NCBI RefSeq assembly: GCF_000284115.1
Contig: NC_017080.1
Location: 510,001 to 542,000 of the forward strand
Origin: Phycisphaera mikurensis NBRC 102666
GTDB taxonomy: Bacteria; Planctomycetota; Phycisphaerae; Phycisphaerales; Phycisphaeraceae
DNA: 32,000 nucleotides
Reading direction: 5' to 3'
The notes under the pieces are model-generated. The model ran no database searches. It was not told the origin of the DNA and was given only the letters and a program-made list of their open reading frames with translations. Of the stretch, positions 15,288 to 22,623 are shown one piece after another (positions within the stretch are counted from its first letter, which is position 1; every line of letters starts with the position of its first letter). The position numbers were made by a program, and so were the translations under genes.

Positions 15288-17261
15288 ATGGAAGCCGAAA
15301 CCCTCCCCGACGACGCCGTCGCGGCCCCGGGCGCCGGGGCGGTGCCGCCCACACCGCCGTTCTTCCGGGAGCTGGCGGGCGTGATCAACGCCGGCACCGC
15401 CCGGGGCATCGTGCTCGCGGGGGAGGTCCACGACCTCTTCCACCTCCGCGACGCCACCGACGCGACCGGTGAGGCGGCGTCGGGCGCCGCGGCCGTCGGC
15501 GAGCGGCCCGCGGGGGCGTGGGTCCCGCTGGTCGATTTCCTCGTCGGCCGCTGCTCCGTGCCGGGCATGCTCGTGCTGGTCGCGGAGCTCAACGGGCCGC
15601 TGCGGCTGCACGCTCACGGCGGGGCGGCGGCGGGATGGGAGCGGCTCCGCGACGCCTGGGTGGCCTGGCGTGGCGGCGTGGAGCCCAGCGACGAGGACAT
15701 CCTCGCCCAGCTCGCCGAGCCGGGGAAGGCCGGCGTCAACCGGCAGACGCGGCTGCGGGCGCTGCGGGCGCAGTTCTCCGCCTCCATCGCCGACGTGGTC
15801 GGCAAGCCGACGGTCGCGCTCGAGCTGCTCCGCCAGCTGTCGCTGTGCAGCCGTTCTCGCCGGCCCGGGGGCGAGGCGTACCTCGCCGAGGACCTGCTGA
15901 TCCTCGTCGAGGCCGCCGACCTCACGCTGCCGGCCGGAGACGGCGACGTCGCCCGCTTGAATCCTGCGGACCGGCACCGCGTCGCGGTGGTGGAGGACTG
16001 GTTCGCCGACCCCGGCTTCGCCAACGGCCGCGACTCCGTGGTGCTGCTGGCGGGATCCGCCTCGGGGGTGCACCCGCGCGTGGCGGCGCTGCCCACGGTG
16101 CGGACGATCTCCGTCGACGCGCCCGGCCGCGACACGCGGCTGGCCTTCCTCGAGAGCCTGCAACGCGGGCGGGAGGCCGCCGGCCGGCCCGCCGCGCGGC
16201 TGCCTCGCGGAGCCGCCGCCCTGGCCGACCGCTCCGCGGGGCTCTCGCTGCACGCGCTCCGCGAGCTCCTGCTCACCTCCGCCCACGCCGGAGAGCCCGT
16301 GGACGACGCCGCGGTCGTCGCCGCGGTCGAGCGCTTCCTCGAGAAGAAGCTCGGCGAGGGCGTGGTGGGCTTCTCCAAGCCCGAGCACCGGCTCGCCGAC
16401 GTGCTCGGCAACGGGCGGCTGAAGGCCTTCCTCCGCGACGAGCTGCTGCCCCGCTTCCGCTCCACCGGCGAGGACGCGCTCCCGGGCGCGGCGGTCGCCG
16501 GGCCGATCGGCGGCGGCAAGACGTTCATCTTCGAGGCCGTCGCCGCCGAGCTGGGACTGCCGGTGCTCGTGCTCAAGAACATCCGCAGCCAGTGGTTCGG
16601 CCAGACCGACGCGGTCTTCGAGAAGCTCCGCGCGGTGCTCGTGTCGCTGGGGAAGGTCGTCATCTTCGTCGACGAGGCGGACACGCAGTTCGGCGGCGTC
16701 GGCGGCGACAGCCACGCGACCGAGCGGCGGCTGACCGGCAAGGTGCAGCAGATGATGAGCGACCCGACGCTGCGGGGCCGGGTCATCTGGCTGCTGATGA
16801 CCGCCCGCATCGAACGCCTCTCCGCGGACATCCGCCGGCCCGGCCGCGTCGGCGACCTCATCCTGCCCGTGCTCGACCCCGAGCCCGGCAGCGCCGACGC
16901 CGCCGACTTCCTCCGCTGGGCCGCGGAGCCCGCGCTGGGCGCGACCCCCGATGACGCGGCGCTCGCGGAGCTCTCCGCCGCCCTGGGGCCCACCTCCGCG
17001 GCCGCGTTCGGTGCCCTCCGCTCGCGGCTCGGAGCCGAGGCCGCCCGCGCCGGCGGCCCGCTCGGCCTCGACGCCGTCGTCGCGGTCGTGCGCGATCAAC
17101 TGCCCGCCGACATCGCCGCGGAGCGGCGCTACCAGACGCTCCAGGCCCTGCTCAACACCACCCGCCGCGCGCTCCTGCCCGACCCCGCCGTCACCGAGGA
17201 CGACCGCGCCGCCTGGGCCGTGGAGGCCGCCGCCCTCCGCCGCGCCGGCATTGGCGCCTGA
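15288..17261 (+). CDS. AAA+ ATPase (classic AAA clade) with a ~400-aa N-terminal region
   Basis: Walker A GPIGGGKT, Walker B VIFVDEAD, and arginine-finger region RRPGRVGDLILPV. The N-terminal part has degenerate AAA-like blocks: ARGIVLAGEVHDLF and LLILVEAADLTLP. Confidence 0.9.
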   Translation: MEAETLPDDAVAAPGAGAVPPTPPFFRELAGVINAGTARGIVLAGEVHDLFHLRDATDATGEAASGAAAVGERPAGAWVPLVDFLVGRCSVPGMLVLVAELNGPLRLHAHGGAAAGWERLRDAWVAWRGGVEPSDEDILAQLAEPGKAGVNRQTRLRALRAQFSASIADVVGKPTVALELLRQLSLCSRSRRPGGEAYLAEDLLILVEAADLTLPAGDGDVARLNPADRHRVAVVEDWFADPGFANGRDSVVLLAGSASGVHPRVAALPTVRTISVDAPGRDTRLAFLESLQRGREAAGRPAARLPRGAAALADRSAGLSLHALRELLLTSAHAGEPVDDAAVVAAVERFLEKKLGEGVVGFSKPEHRLADVLGNGRLKAFLRDELLPRFRSTGEDALPGAAVAGPIGGGKTFIFEAVAAELGLPVLVLKNIRSQWFGQTDAVFEKLRAVLVSLGKVVIFVDEADTQFGGVGGDSHATERRLTGKVQQMMSDPTLRGRVIWLLMTARIERLSADIRRPGRVGDLILPVLDPEPGSADAADFLRWAAEPALGATPDDAALAELSAALGPTSAAAFGALRSRLGAEAARAGGPLGLDAVVAVVRDQLPADIAAERRYQTLQALLNTTRRALLPDPAVTEDDRAAWAVEAAALRRAGIGA

Positions 17262-17373
17262 TGCGCACGCGGACGGGCCCGGACGCAGCGCCGCCGGCTC
17301 CGCAAACGCGGAAGCGGGCGAGGCCTCCGCGGTCCGCGGGACCGTCCTCCGCGCCTGGCCGTAGTCTCGCCGG

Positions 17374-17985
17374 ATGACCGTGCTCCCGGAGATCCTCGAG
17401 CGCGGCGGGCCGGTGGTGTGGCCGCTGCTCGGCCTCTCGGTGGCGGCGTTGACGGTCGCGGTGGAGCGGGCGATCTTCTTCGCCGGGTGCGGGCGGCGCG
17501 CCTGGGCCCGCAACGCGGCGGCGGCGGCGCAGCGGCTGCGGGCCGGCGACGCCGCGGGCGCGCGCGCCGCGGTCGAGGGCGACGCCGGCGTGCTCGCCCC
17601 GGTGGTGCGTGCGGCCGCGGCGGCCGAGCCCGCGGCACGGGCGGCGGCGGCCGCCGCCGAGGCCCGCGCCCAGGCGCAGCGCCTGGAACGCTTCCTCCCG
17701 TGGCTGGGCTTCGTCGTCACCGCCGCGCCGATGCTCGGGATCCTCGGGACCGTGCTGGGCATCATCGCCAGCTTCGACGCGCTGGCGACCACCGCCGGCC
17801 CCGCCGCCGACCCCCGCGCCGTCGGCGGCGGCATCGGGCAGGCGCTGCTCTCCACCGCGATCGGGCTCGTCGTGACGCTCGCCACGCTGCCCGCGTGGAT
17901 CTGGCTCCGCGGCCGGGCCGACCGCCTGCTCGACCGGCTCGAGGACGTGCTGGCCGCCGCGGGCGGCACGCCGCCCGCGGCCTGA
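17374..17985 (+). CDS. MotA/TolQ/ExbB proton-channel family protein
   Basis: Three TM helices and the family signature PMLGILGTVLGIIASF...GIGQALLSTAIGLVVTLATLP. No ExbD/TolR-like ORF follows it. Confidence 0.9.
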   Translation: MTVLPEILERGGPVVWPLLGLSVAALTVAVERAIFFAGCGRRAWARNAAAAAQRLRAGDAAGARAAVEGDAGVLAPVVRAAAAAEPAARAAAAAAEARAQAQRLERFLPWLGFVVTAAPMLGILGTVLGIIASFDALATTAGPAADPRAVGGGIGQALLSTAIGLVVTLATLPAWIWLRGRADRLLDRLEDVLAAAGGTPPAA

Positions 17986-18033
17986 GCCGCGGACCGCGGC
18001 CGTTTCCACCCGCCGACGCCGACGGTCCGCGGC
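17986..18033 (+). repeat. GCCGCGGACCG-type hairpin immediately after the stop codon
   Basis: GCCGCGGACCG (17986-17996) and its exact reverse complement CGGTCCGCGGC (18023-18033) are separated by 26 nt. The left arm starts 1 nt after the TGA at 17983-17985. Confidence 0.55.
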
Positions 18034-18068
18034 GCCCTGCGGGACACGCGGCCGACGCCCCCCGCACT

Positions 18069-18507
18069 CGCCACCCCGCAAGCGGCGTGGCACCCGAGAC
18101 TTCCGCTCGATCGGGACTTCCGGGTGCCACGCCCCTTGGGGGGTGGCCGCGTCGCAACGACCTCCCGCGCTCGCCACCCCGGGAGCGGTGTGGCACCCGG
18201 GACCTCCGCTTGGTTGGGGTTCCCGGGTGCCACGCCCCTTGGGGGGTGGCCGCGTCGCAACGACCTCCCGCGCTCGTCACCCCGCAAGCGGCGTGGCACA
18301 CGAGACTTCCGCTCAATGAGCATTTTCGGGTGCCACGCCCCTTGGGGGGTGGCCGCGTCGCGACGACCTCCCCCGCTCGCCACCCCGCAAGCGGCGTGGC
18401 ACCCAAGCTCTCCGCTTGATCGGGGCCCCCGGGTGCCACGCCCCTTGGGGGGTGGCCGCGTCGCAACGACCTCCCGCGCCCGCCACCCCGCAAGCGGCGT
18501 GGCACCC
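18069..18507. repeat. tandem array of 4.3 x 103-bp units, each with two REP-type palindromes (BIME-like)
   Basis: Unit starts are at 18069, 18172, 18275, 18378 and 18481, an exact 103-bp period. Each unit runs: CCACCCCGCAAGCGGCGTGG, then CACCC, then a ~26-nt variable linker, then GGGTG, then CCACGCCCCTTGGGGGGTGG, then the conserved 27-nt linker CCGCGTCGCAACGACCTCCCGCGCTCG. The array lies in the 668-bp gap between convergent genes. Confidence 0.9.
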
Positions 18508-18653
18508 GGGCACCGGCCGGTTGCGCAAGATGTGCCGAAGGTTGAGCCCCCCCCCCCCCAGGCCGTGGAGGGACCTGCGTGGAGAGGCGAAACCCCACCC
18601 AAGCGGGTGCGGCAGTCGGGCATCGACCGACCGAGAATCATCCGGGATGCGGC

Positions 18654-19772
18654 TCAGGCGTCGCAGGCCGCGTCGGCGGCCGGCCGCACGCGGTTCCGCT
18701 CCAGCAGCCCGTCGACGTACGCCAGCTTCTCCCGCACCGGCTCGGGCACTGCCTCGGAGACGAAGTCCGGCAGGCCGAAGTTGCGGGCCTGCTCGTTGAG
18801 CTGGACGGACAGCTGGAGGTACGAACCCAGCCGCTCGTCCAGCGGCGTGTCGGGCGCGGCCAGCGGCAGGTGGACCTCGCCGGCGTCGGCGGTGTAGAGC
18901 GCCCCCATCATCAGCGTGTACCAGCCGAAGGTCTCCGCGAAGTCCTCCCAGGGGTGCATCGTGGCGTACCCGCTGATGTGCGTCGCGGGCCAGCCGGCCG
19001 CGGGCCCGTCCGCGTAGTACGCCTTCATGGCGTCGGCGTAGGTCGGGTCCTCGTGGTTCCCGAAGACGCCGACGCAGCGGGCACGCTCGGGCTCGTCGTC
19101 CTTCACGAGGAGGTCCCACACGTAGTGGCCCAGCTCGTGGCGCAGGTGGCCCACCAGCGTGCGCTTGGGCTCGTGCATCTGCACCCGCAGCTTCTCGCGG
19201 GCCACCGAGTCCGCCTCCCGCAGGTTCAGGGTGATCACGCCGCTGGCGTGGCCGGTGTAGATCGGCTTCTTCGGCTTCCCGTCGGGCCCGGGCCCCTGCG
19301 GGATCCACTGGCCCGGCTCGTCGCCGGGCACCGCGTCGGCCATGAAGCGGAAGGACAGCGGCGGCGAGCAGCCCGAGCCCTCGCCTCCATAGGGGATGCC
19401 TTGGTGGTCGAAGCCCCAGAGCACGCGACGCTTCGCCGCCTCCAGGTCGGCCCACCGCTCCAGGTGCCCCGGGATGGAGAGGTCGGGGATCGTGTCGTTC
19501 AGCTTGCAGTAGTCGCACAAAGCCTCCGCGTCGGAGCCATCCTCGGGCGCGAGCACGTAGCGGTTGCACACGCGGTGCAGGCTGCGGTTGGAGCAGGGGA
19601 ACAGCGTCCGGCCGGTGGCGAGGCACCTGCGGGCGGCGGGATCGGCGTCGCCGCGGTGCGGCTCCACCGCCGTCATGGCGCGGGTGCAGGGGCAGAAGCC
19701 CACCTCGCGGCCGCAGCGGCCGCAGGCGGTGTTGTCGAGGAAGAGGCGGTTGTCGCAGACGCAGGTGTCCAT
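18654..19772 (-). CDS. putative zinc-binding metallopeptidase with an N-terminal zinc ribbon
   Basis: N-terminal Cys pairs (CVCDN..CGRCG). HExxH motif in HLRHELGHYVWD. The downstream block GYATMHPWEDFAETF is present. ATG 19772 is chosen; the track start at 19781 is a TTG three codons upstream. Confidence 0.85.
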   Translation of the reverse strand: MDTCVCDNRLFLDNTACGRCGREVGFCPCTRAMTAVEPHRGDADPAARRCLATGRTLFPCSNRSLHRVCNRYVLAPEDGSDAEALCDYCKLNDTIPDLSIPGHLERWADLEAAKRRVLWGFDHQGIPYGGEGSGCSPPLSFRFMADAVPGDEPGQWIPQGPGPDGKPKKPIYTGHASGVITLNLREADSVAREKLRVQMHEPKRTLVGHLRHELGHYVWDLLVKDDEPERARCVGVFGNHEDPTYADAMKAYYADGPAAGWPATHISGYATMHPWEDFAETFGWYTLMMGALYTADAGEVHLPLAAPDTPLDERLGSYLQLSVQLNEQARNFGLPDFVSEAVPEPVREKLAYVDGLLERNRVRPAADAACDA

Positions 19773-19845
19773 AAGGCGCAAAGCGTAGCGCCGGCCGGGC
19801 GCCTTTCTCAGCGGCGTCCCGGCCTCGCTGAAGGCTCGCTCGCGA

Positions 19846-20700
19846 TCAGGTCGCCGGGGCGAAGGCCTGCCACAGCATCCGCCCGCCGGCGAGCGCGGCC
19901 GCGGCGTAGACGACCGCCAGGAACGGCTTCTCGGGCACCCGCCGGTGCAGCCACAGCCCGAGCGCCGAGCCCGCCGGCAGCACCAGCAACATGGCGGCGG
20001 AGAGCGCGAGGCCCGCCGGGTCGAAGAGCCCGACGCCGCCGTAGGCGACCGCCTTGAACAGGTTCATCACGCCGAAGAAGACCACCAGCGTCCCGGTCAG
20101 CACCCGCTTGTTTAGGCGGGCCTCCAGCAAGTACGCCGCCATCAGCGGCCCGGCCGAGTGCGCCAGTGTCGAGAGCAGGCCCGACGCCACCCCCGCGCAC
20201 GCGGCGGCGGCGGGGCGGTCGGGCACGCGGGGGAGCCGGCCGCCGGCCAGTCGCCAGCCCTGCACCGCCACCATCGCCACCGACACCGCCCCCACCGCCA
20301 CCTGCAGCACCCACGCCAGGCCCGCCGGCGAGCCGGCGAGGCCGGCCATCAGCACCCCCGAAGCCGCCACCCCCACCCCCGCCCCCGCGAGCGCCGGCTT
20401 CACACGGGCGGCGCTGCAGTGCCGCCCGTGCTGCTGGATCGCCACGGCGTCCGCCACCAGCATCACCGGAAGCATCACCGCCACCGCCACGTCCGCCCGC
20501 AGGGCCGAGGCGACCAGCGGCACCGCCAGGATGTTCAGCGTCCCGCCGAAGCCCGACTTCGCCACGCCGATCACCAGAGCCGCGACCGCCAGCAGCACCA
20601 CCGCCGCCAGCGGCGTCACGCCGTCGAGCCGCGACGCCGCGGTGAGCGTGTCGAGCCAGCCGGCCCCGCCGGTGGATCCGGCGGAGAGGACGTCGGGCAC
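19846..20700 (-). CDS. TauE/SafE (TSUP) family anion exporter-like membrane protein
   Basis: Eight predicted TM helices. Two-fold internal repeat architecture with VIGVAKSGFGGTLNILAVPL and GLLSTLAHSAGPLMAAYLL blocks. Confidence 0.85.
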   Translation of the reverse strand: MPDVLSAGSTGGAGWLDTLTAASRLDGVTPLAAVVLLAVAALVIGVAKSGFGGTLNILAVPLVASALRADVAVAVMLPVMLVADAVAIQQHGRHCSAARVKPALAGAGVGVAASGVLMAGLAGSPAGLAWVLQVAVGAVSVAMVAVQGWRLAGGRLPRVPDRPAAAACAGVASGLLSTLAHSAGPLMAAYLLEARLNKRVLTGTLVVFFGVMNLFKAVAYGGVGLFDPAGLALSAAMLLVLPAGSALGLWLHRRVPEKPFLAVVYAAAALAGGRMLWQAFAPAT

Positions 20701-20730
20701 CCGGCCACTATGCCATCGACGCCGGCCCCC

Positions 20731-20780
20731 GGCCGCGGACCGTGGCCCAGAAACCGCAAAAACAGCGACGGTCCGCGGCC
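20731..20780 (-). repeat. GGCCGCGGACCGT-type hairpin at a gene 3' end
   Basis: A 13-nt perfect inverted repeat, GGCCGCGGACCGT (20731-20743) and ACGGTCCGCGGCC (20768-20780), with a 24-nt loop. It starts 5 nt downstream of the stop of the PEP-CTERM gene at 20785..21564. Confidence 0.55.
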
Positions 20781-20784
20781 GGGC

Positions 20785-21564
20785 TCAGCCGGCGGCGGGG
20801 CGTCGCCGCAGCGTGCAGAGCCCGCCGAGCAGCGCCACGGCGGCGCCGCCGGCGGGCTCGGGGACCGTCAGCACGATCTCGCTGAACGCGGGGACGCTCA
20901 GGTTCGCCTGCGTCAGTGTCTCGCTCTCGGCAATCAGGTCCAGCGTCACGCCCCACCGCAGCCGGGTGACGTCGCCCGCGATGCCCTCCGCCGTCAGCGC
21001 GGGGCGGAGGTCGAAGGTGAAAAGGCCCTGCCGCACGGGCTGGGAGCCGTCTTCGGCGAGATTCGCCTCGAAGAGGCGGCCGTCGCTCACCACCAACACC
21101 GCGGCGGGAAGGTCGACGCCGTCCACCGCCAGCACCTCCACGTCGAAGCGGATGTCCGCCGCCACCCGCGTGCCGAAGGCCGTCGCGGCGCCGGCCTGGG
21201 AGACCGCGTTGAGGTCAATGTCACCCCCGAGCCGCGCCTGGAGCGTCTCGATGGTGTTCGATCCACGCCCGGAGACCACGGTCTCCAGGGACGTCGAGCG
21301 GGTGACGGAGCCCCCGTTGAAGCTCACCGCCTCGAAGTTGCTGTCCGGCGTGAAGGCAAGGACGTCGCCGCTGGCGGTTGGCGTTCCGAAGACCGCCGCG
21401 CCACCGTCGCCCGCCTCGGTCACGCTCACGAAGTCCACGGTCGTCCCCAAGAAGGCGCCGTGGTCGATGGAGGCCCGAGCGGGCGCGCCCGCGAGGAGCA
21501 AGCCGCCGGTGATGCACAGCAAAGCAGAGGCACGCCGCCGGGGCGTCTGGCAATCCGCGGTCAT
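20785..21564 (-). CDS. PEP-CTERM sorting-domain protein (paralog 1)
   Basis: Signal peptide (RRRASALLCITGGLLLAGAPARA). C-terminal VPEPAGGAAVALLGGLCTLRRRP gives PEP, then a TM helix, then an Arg cluster. Homologous over its length to the neighbouring gene. Confidence 0.85.
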   Translation of the reverse strand: MTADCQTPRRRASALLCITGGLLLAGAPARASIDHGAFLGTTVDFVSVTEAGDGGAAVFGTPTASGDVLAFTPDSNFEAVSFNGGSVTRSTSLETVVSGRGSNTIETLQARLGGDIDLNAVSQAGAATAFGTRVAADIRFDVEVLAVDGVDLPAAVLVVSDGRLFEANLAEDGSQPVRQGLFTFDLRPALTAEGIAGDVTRLRWGVTLDLIAESETLTQANLSVPAFSEIVLTVPEPAGGAAVALLGGLCTLRRRPAAG

Positions 21565-21638
21565 GGGGTTTCTCGTCCTGGGGGTTTGTGGGGGGATGCC
21601 CGATCGAGCTTATCGGACAGACCGATCGCCGGCGCATG

Positions 21639-21664
21639 AAAAACCCACCCGTGAAGGTGGGTTT
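21639..21664 (-). terminator. canonical rho-independent terminator
   Basis: On the minus strand the sequence is AAACCCACC-TTCACG-GGTGGGTTTTT: a 9-bp perfect stem, a 6-nt loop and a T run. It lies about 38 nt after the stop of the 21702..22436 gene. Confidence 0.75.
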
Positions 21665-21701
21665 CGGATGGTCCTGCCGCGTCGGAGCGGCCACGCTCGG
21701 C

Positions 21702-22436
21702 TCAGGCCGCGACGCGACGGCGGAGCAGCATCGCCCCGGCACCGAGCACGAACAGAGCGGAAGTGGGCTCGGGCACGGTGATCGAGACCGCACGCACGCC
21801 CTTCTTGTCCACGAAGGAGGTCGTGCCGGCTTCGCTGACCGCGAGGAGCTGGTTGTCGAGGGTCACGATCGCCTTGGTGATGTCCCCGGTCACGCCCTGC
21901 CCCGCGGCGAGGGACACGAGGTCCAGCGAGGTGGAGGCCGCCCAGGCCTGGCCGATGCCGCGGTCGTCGGCGAGGTTCGCCATGAGGAGCACGTCATCGG
22001 TGATGATGAAGGGCACGGAAACCGCGCTGCCGTCGACCTCCAGGATGTTGACGGAGAAGCCGACGCTGACCTGGACGCGGGTGTCCGCGGTCCCGGTGGC
22101 AGCGTTGATGGAATCAAGAGCGAAGACGCCCGACTCCTGAAGCGTGAACCCGGTGATCGCCTGGCCGTCGTTCGCCTCGATGACCGTGCTCAGGAAGCCG
22201 TCCACCAGGTCGATGCCACCGTTGGTGGACTGGGCGTTGAACCCGACGGGGGTGAAGTTGAGCGTGTCGGCCGAGAGGGTGGGGGCGCCGAACAGGTCGT
22301 CCCCGTCGATCACGTTCGAGTAGGTCACCGTGTTGCCCACGAACGGGCCGTTGTAGGTGGTCTGGGCCGTGGCGGCGCCCGCAAAAGCAAGCAGCGACGT
22401 CGAGGCGGCGGCGAGAAGGGCGGTTTTGAGCTTCAT
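21702..22436 (-). CDS. PEP-CTERM sorting-domain protein (paralog 2)
   Basis: AGGAGG lies about 7 nt upstream of the ATG. Signal peptide MKLKTALLAAASTSLLAFAGAATAQ. C-terminal VPEPTSALFVLGAGAMLLRRRVAA. Composition is visibly less GC-rich (Asn/Thr/Ile/Asp-rich). Confidence 0.9.
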   Translation of the reverse strand: MKLKTALLAAASTSLLAFAGAATAQTTYNGPFVGNTVTYSNVIDGDDLFGAPTLSADTLNFTPVGFNAQSTNGGIDLVDGFLSTVIEANDGQAITGFTLQESGVFALDSINAATGTADTRVQVSVGFSVNILEVDGSAVSVPFIITDDVLLMANLADDRGIGQAWAASTSLDLVSLAAGQGVTGDITKAIVTLDNQLLAVSEAGTTSFVDKKGVRAVSITVPEPTSALFVLGAGAMLLRRRVAA

Positions 22437-22623
22437 GATTAATCCTCCTGGAAAAGGTCGCAGGCCGGAACGCGACCCGGAAGGGGCCTGGACCCCGCAC
22501 CGGTGTGCGGGTCATCGGTCCGACTCTAAGGGCAGGTCGCGTCGGCCGCAAGCCCCAGGCGGGGTAAAATCCCGATTTGCCGAAAATTCACGCTCCGCCG
22601 GCACAGACTCCCCGGCTGGAGCT

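Noticed and set aside
18069-18507. CRISPR array interpretation of the 103-bp periodic region
   Set aside because: The conserved block is about 77 nt and contains two mutually inverted palindromes. The 'spacers' are diverged copies of one another rather than unrelated sequences. The unit structure is a tandem duplication, and no cas genes or leader are present in the window.
17990-18650. Repeat-containing protein (GATPLAGWRAREVVATRPPPKGRGTR.. peptides in the minus-strand frames)
   Set aside because: The 103-bp period is not divisible by 3, so the same peptide appears in rotating frames. The absence of stop codons is a GC effect. The sequence constraints follow hairpin pairing, not codons.
22560-22600. 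AT-richer stretch (GGGGTAAAATCCCGATTTGCCGAAAATTCACGC) as the promoter of PEP-CTERM paralog 2
   Set aside because: It is plausibly the promoter region, but I cannot identify convincing -35/-10 elements for this lineage by eye. It is therefore not listed as a feature.
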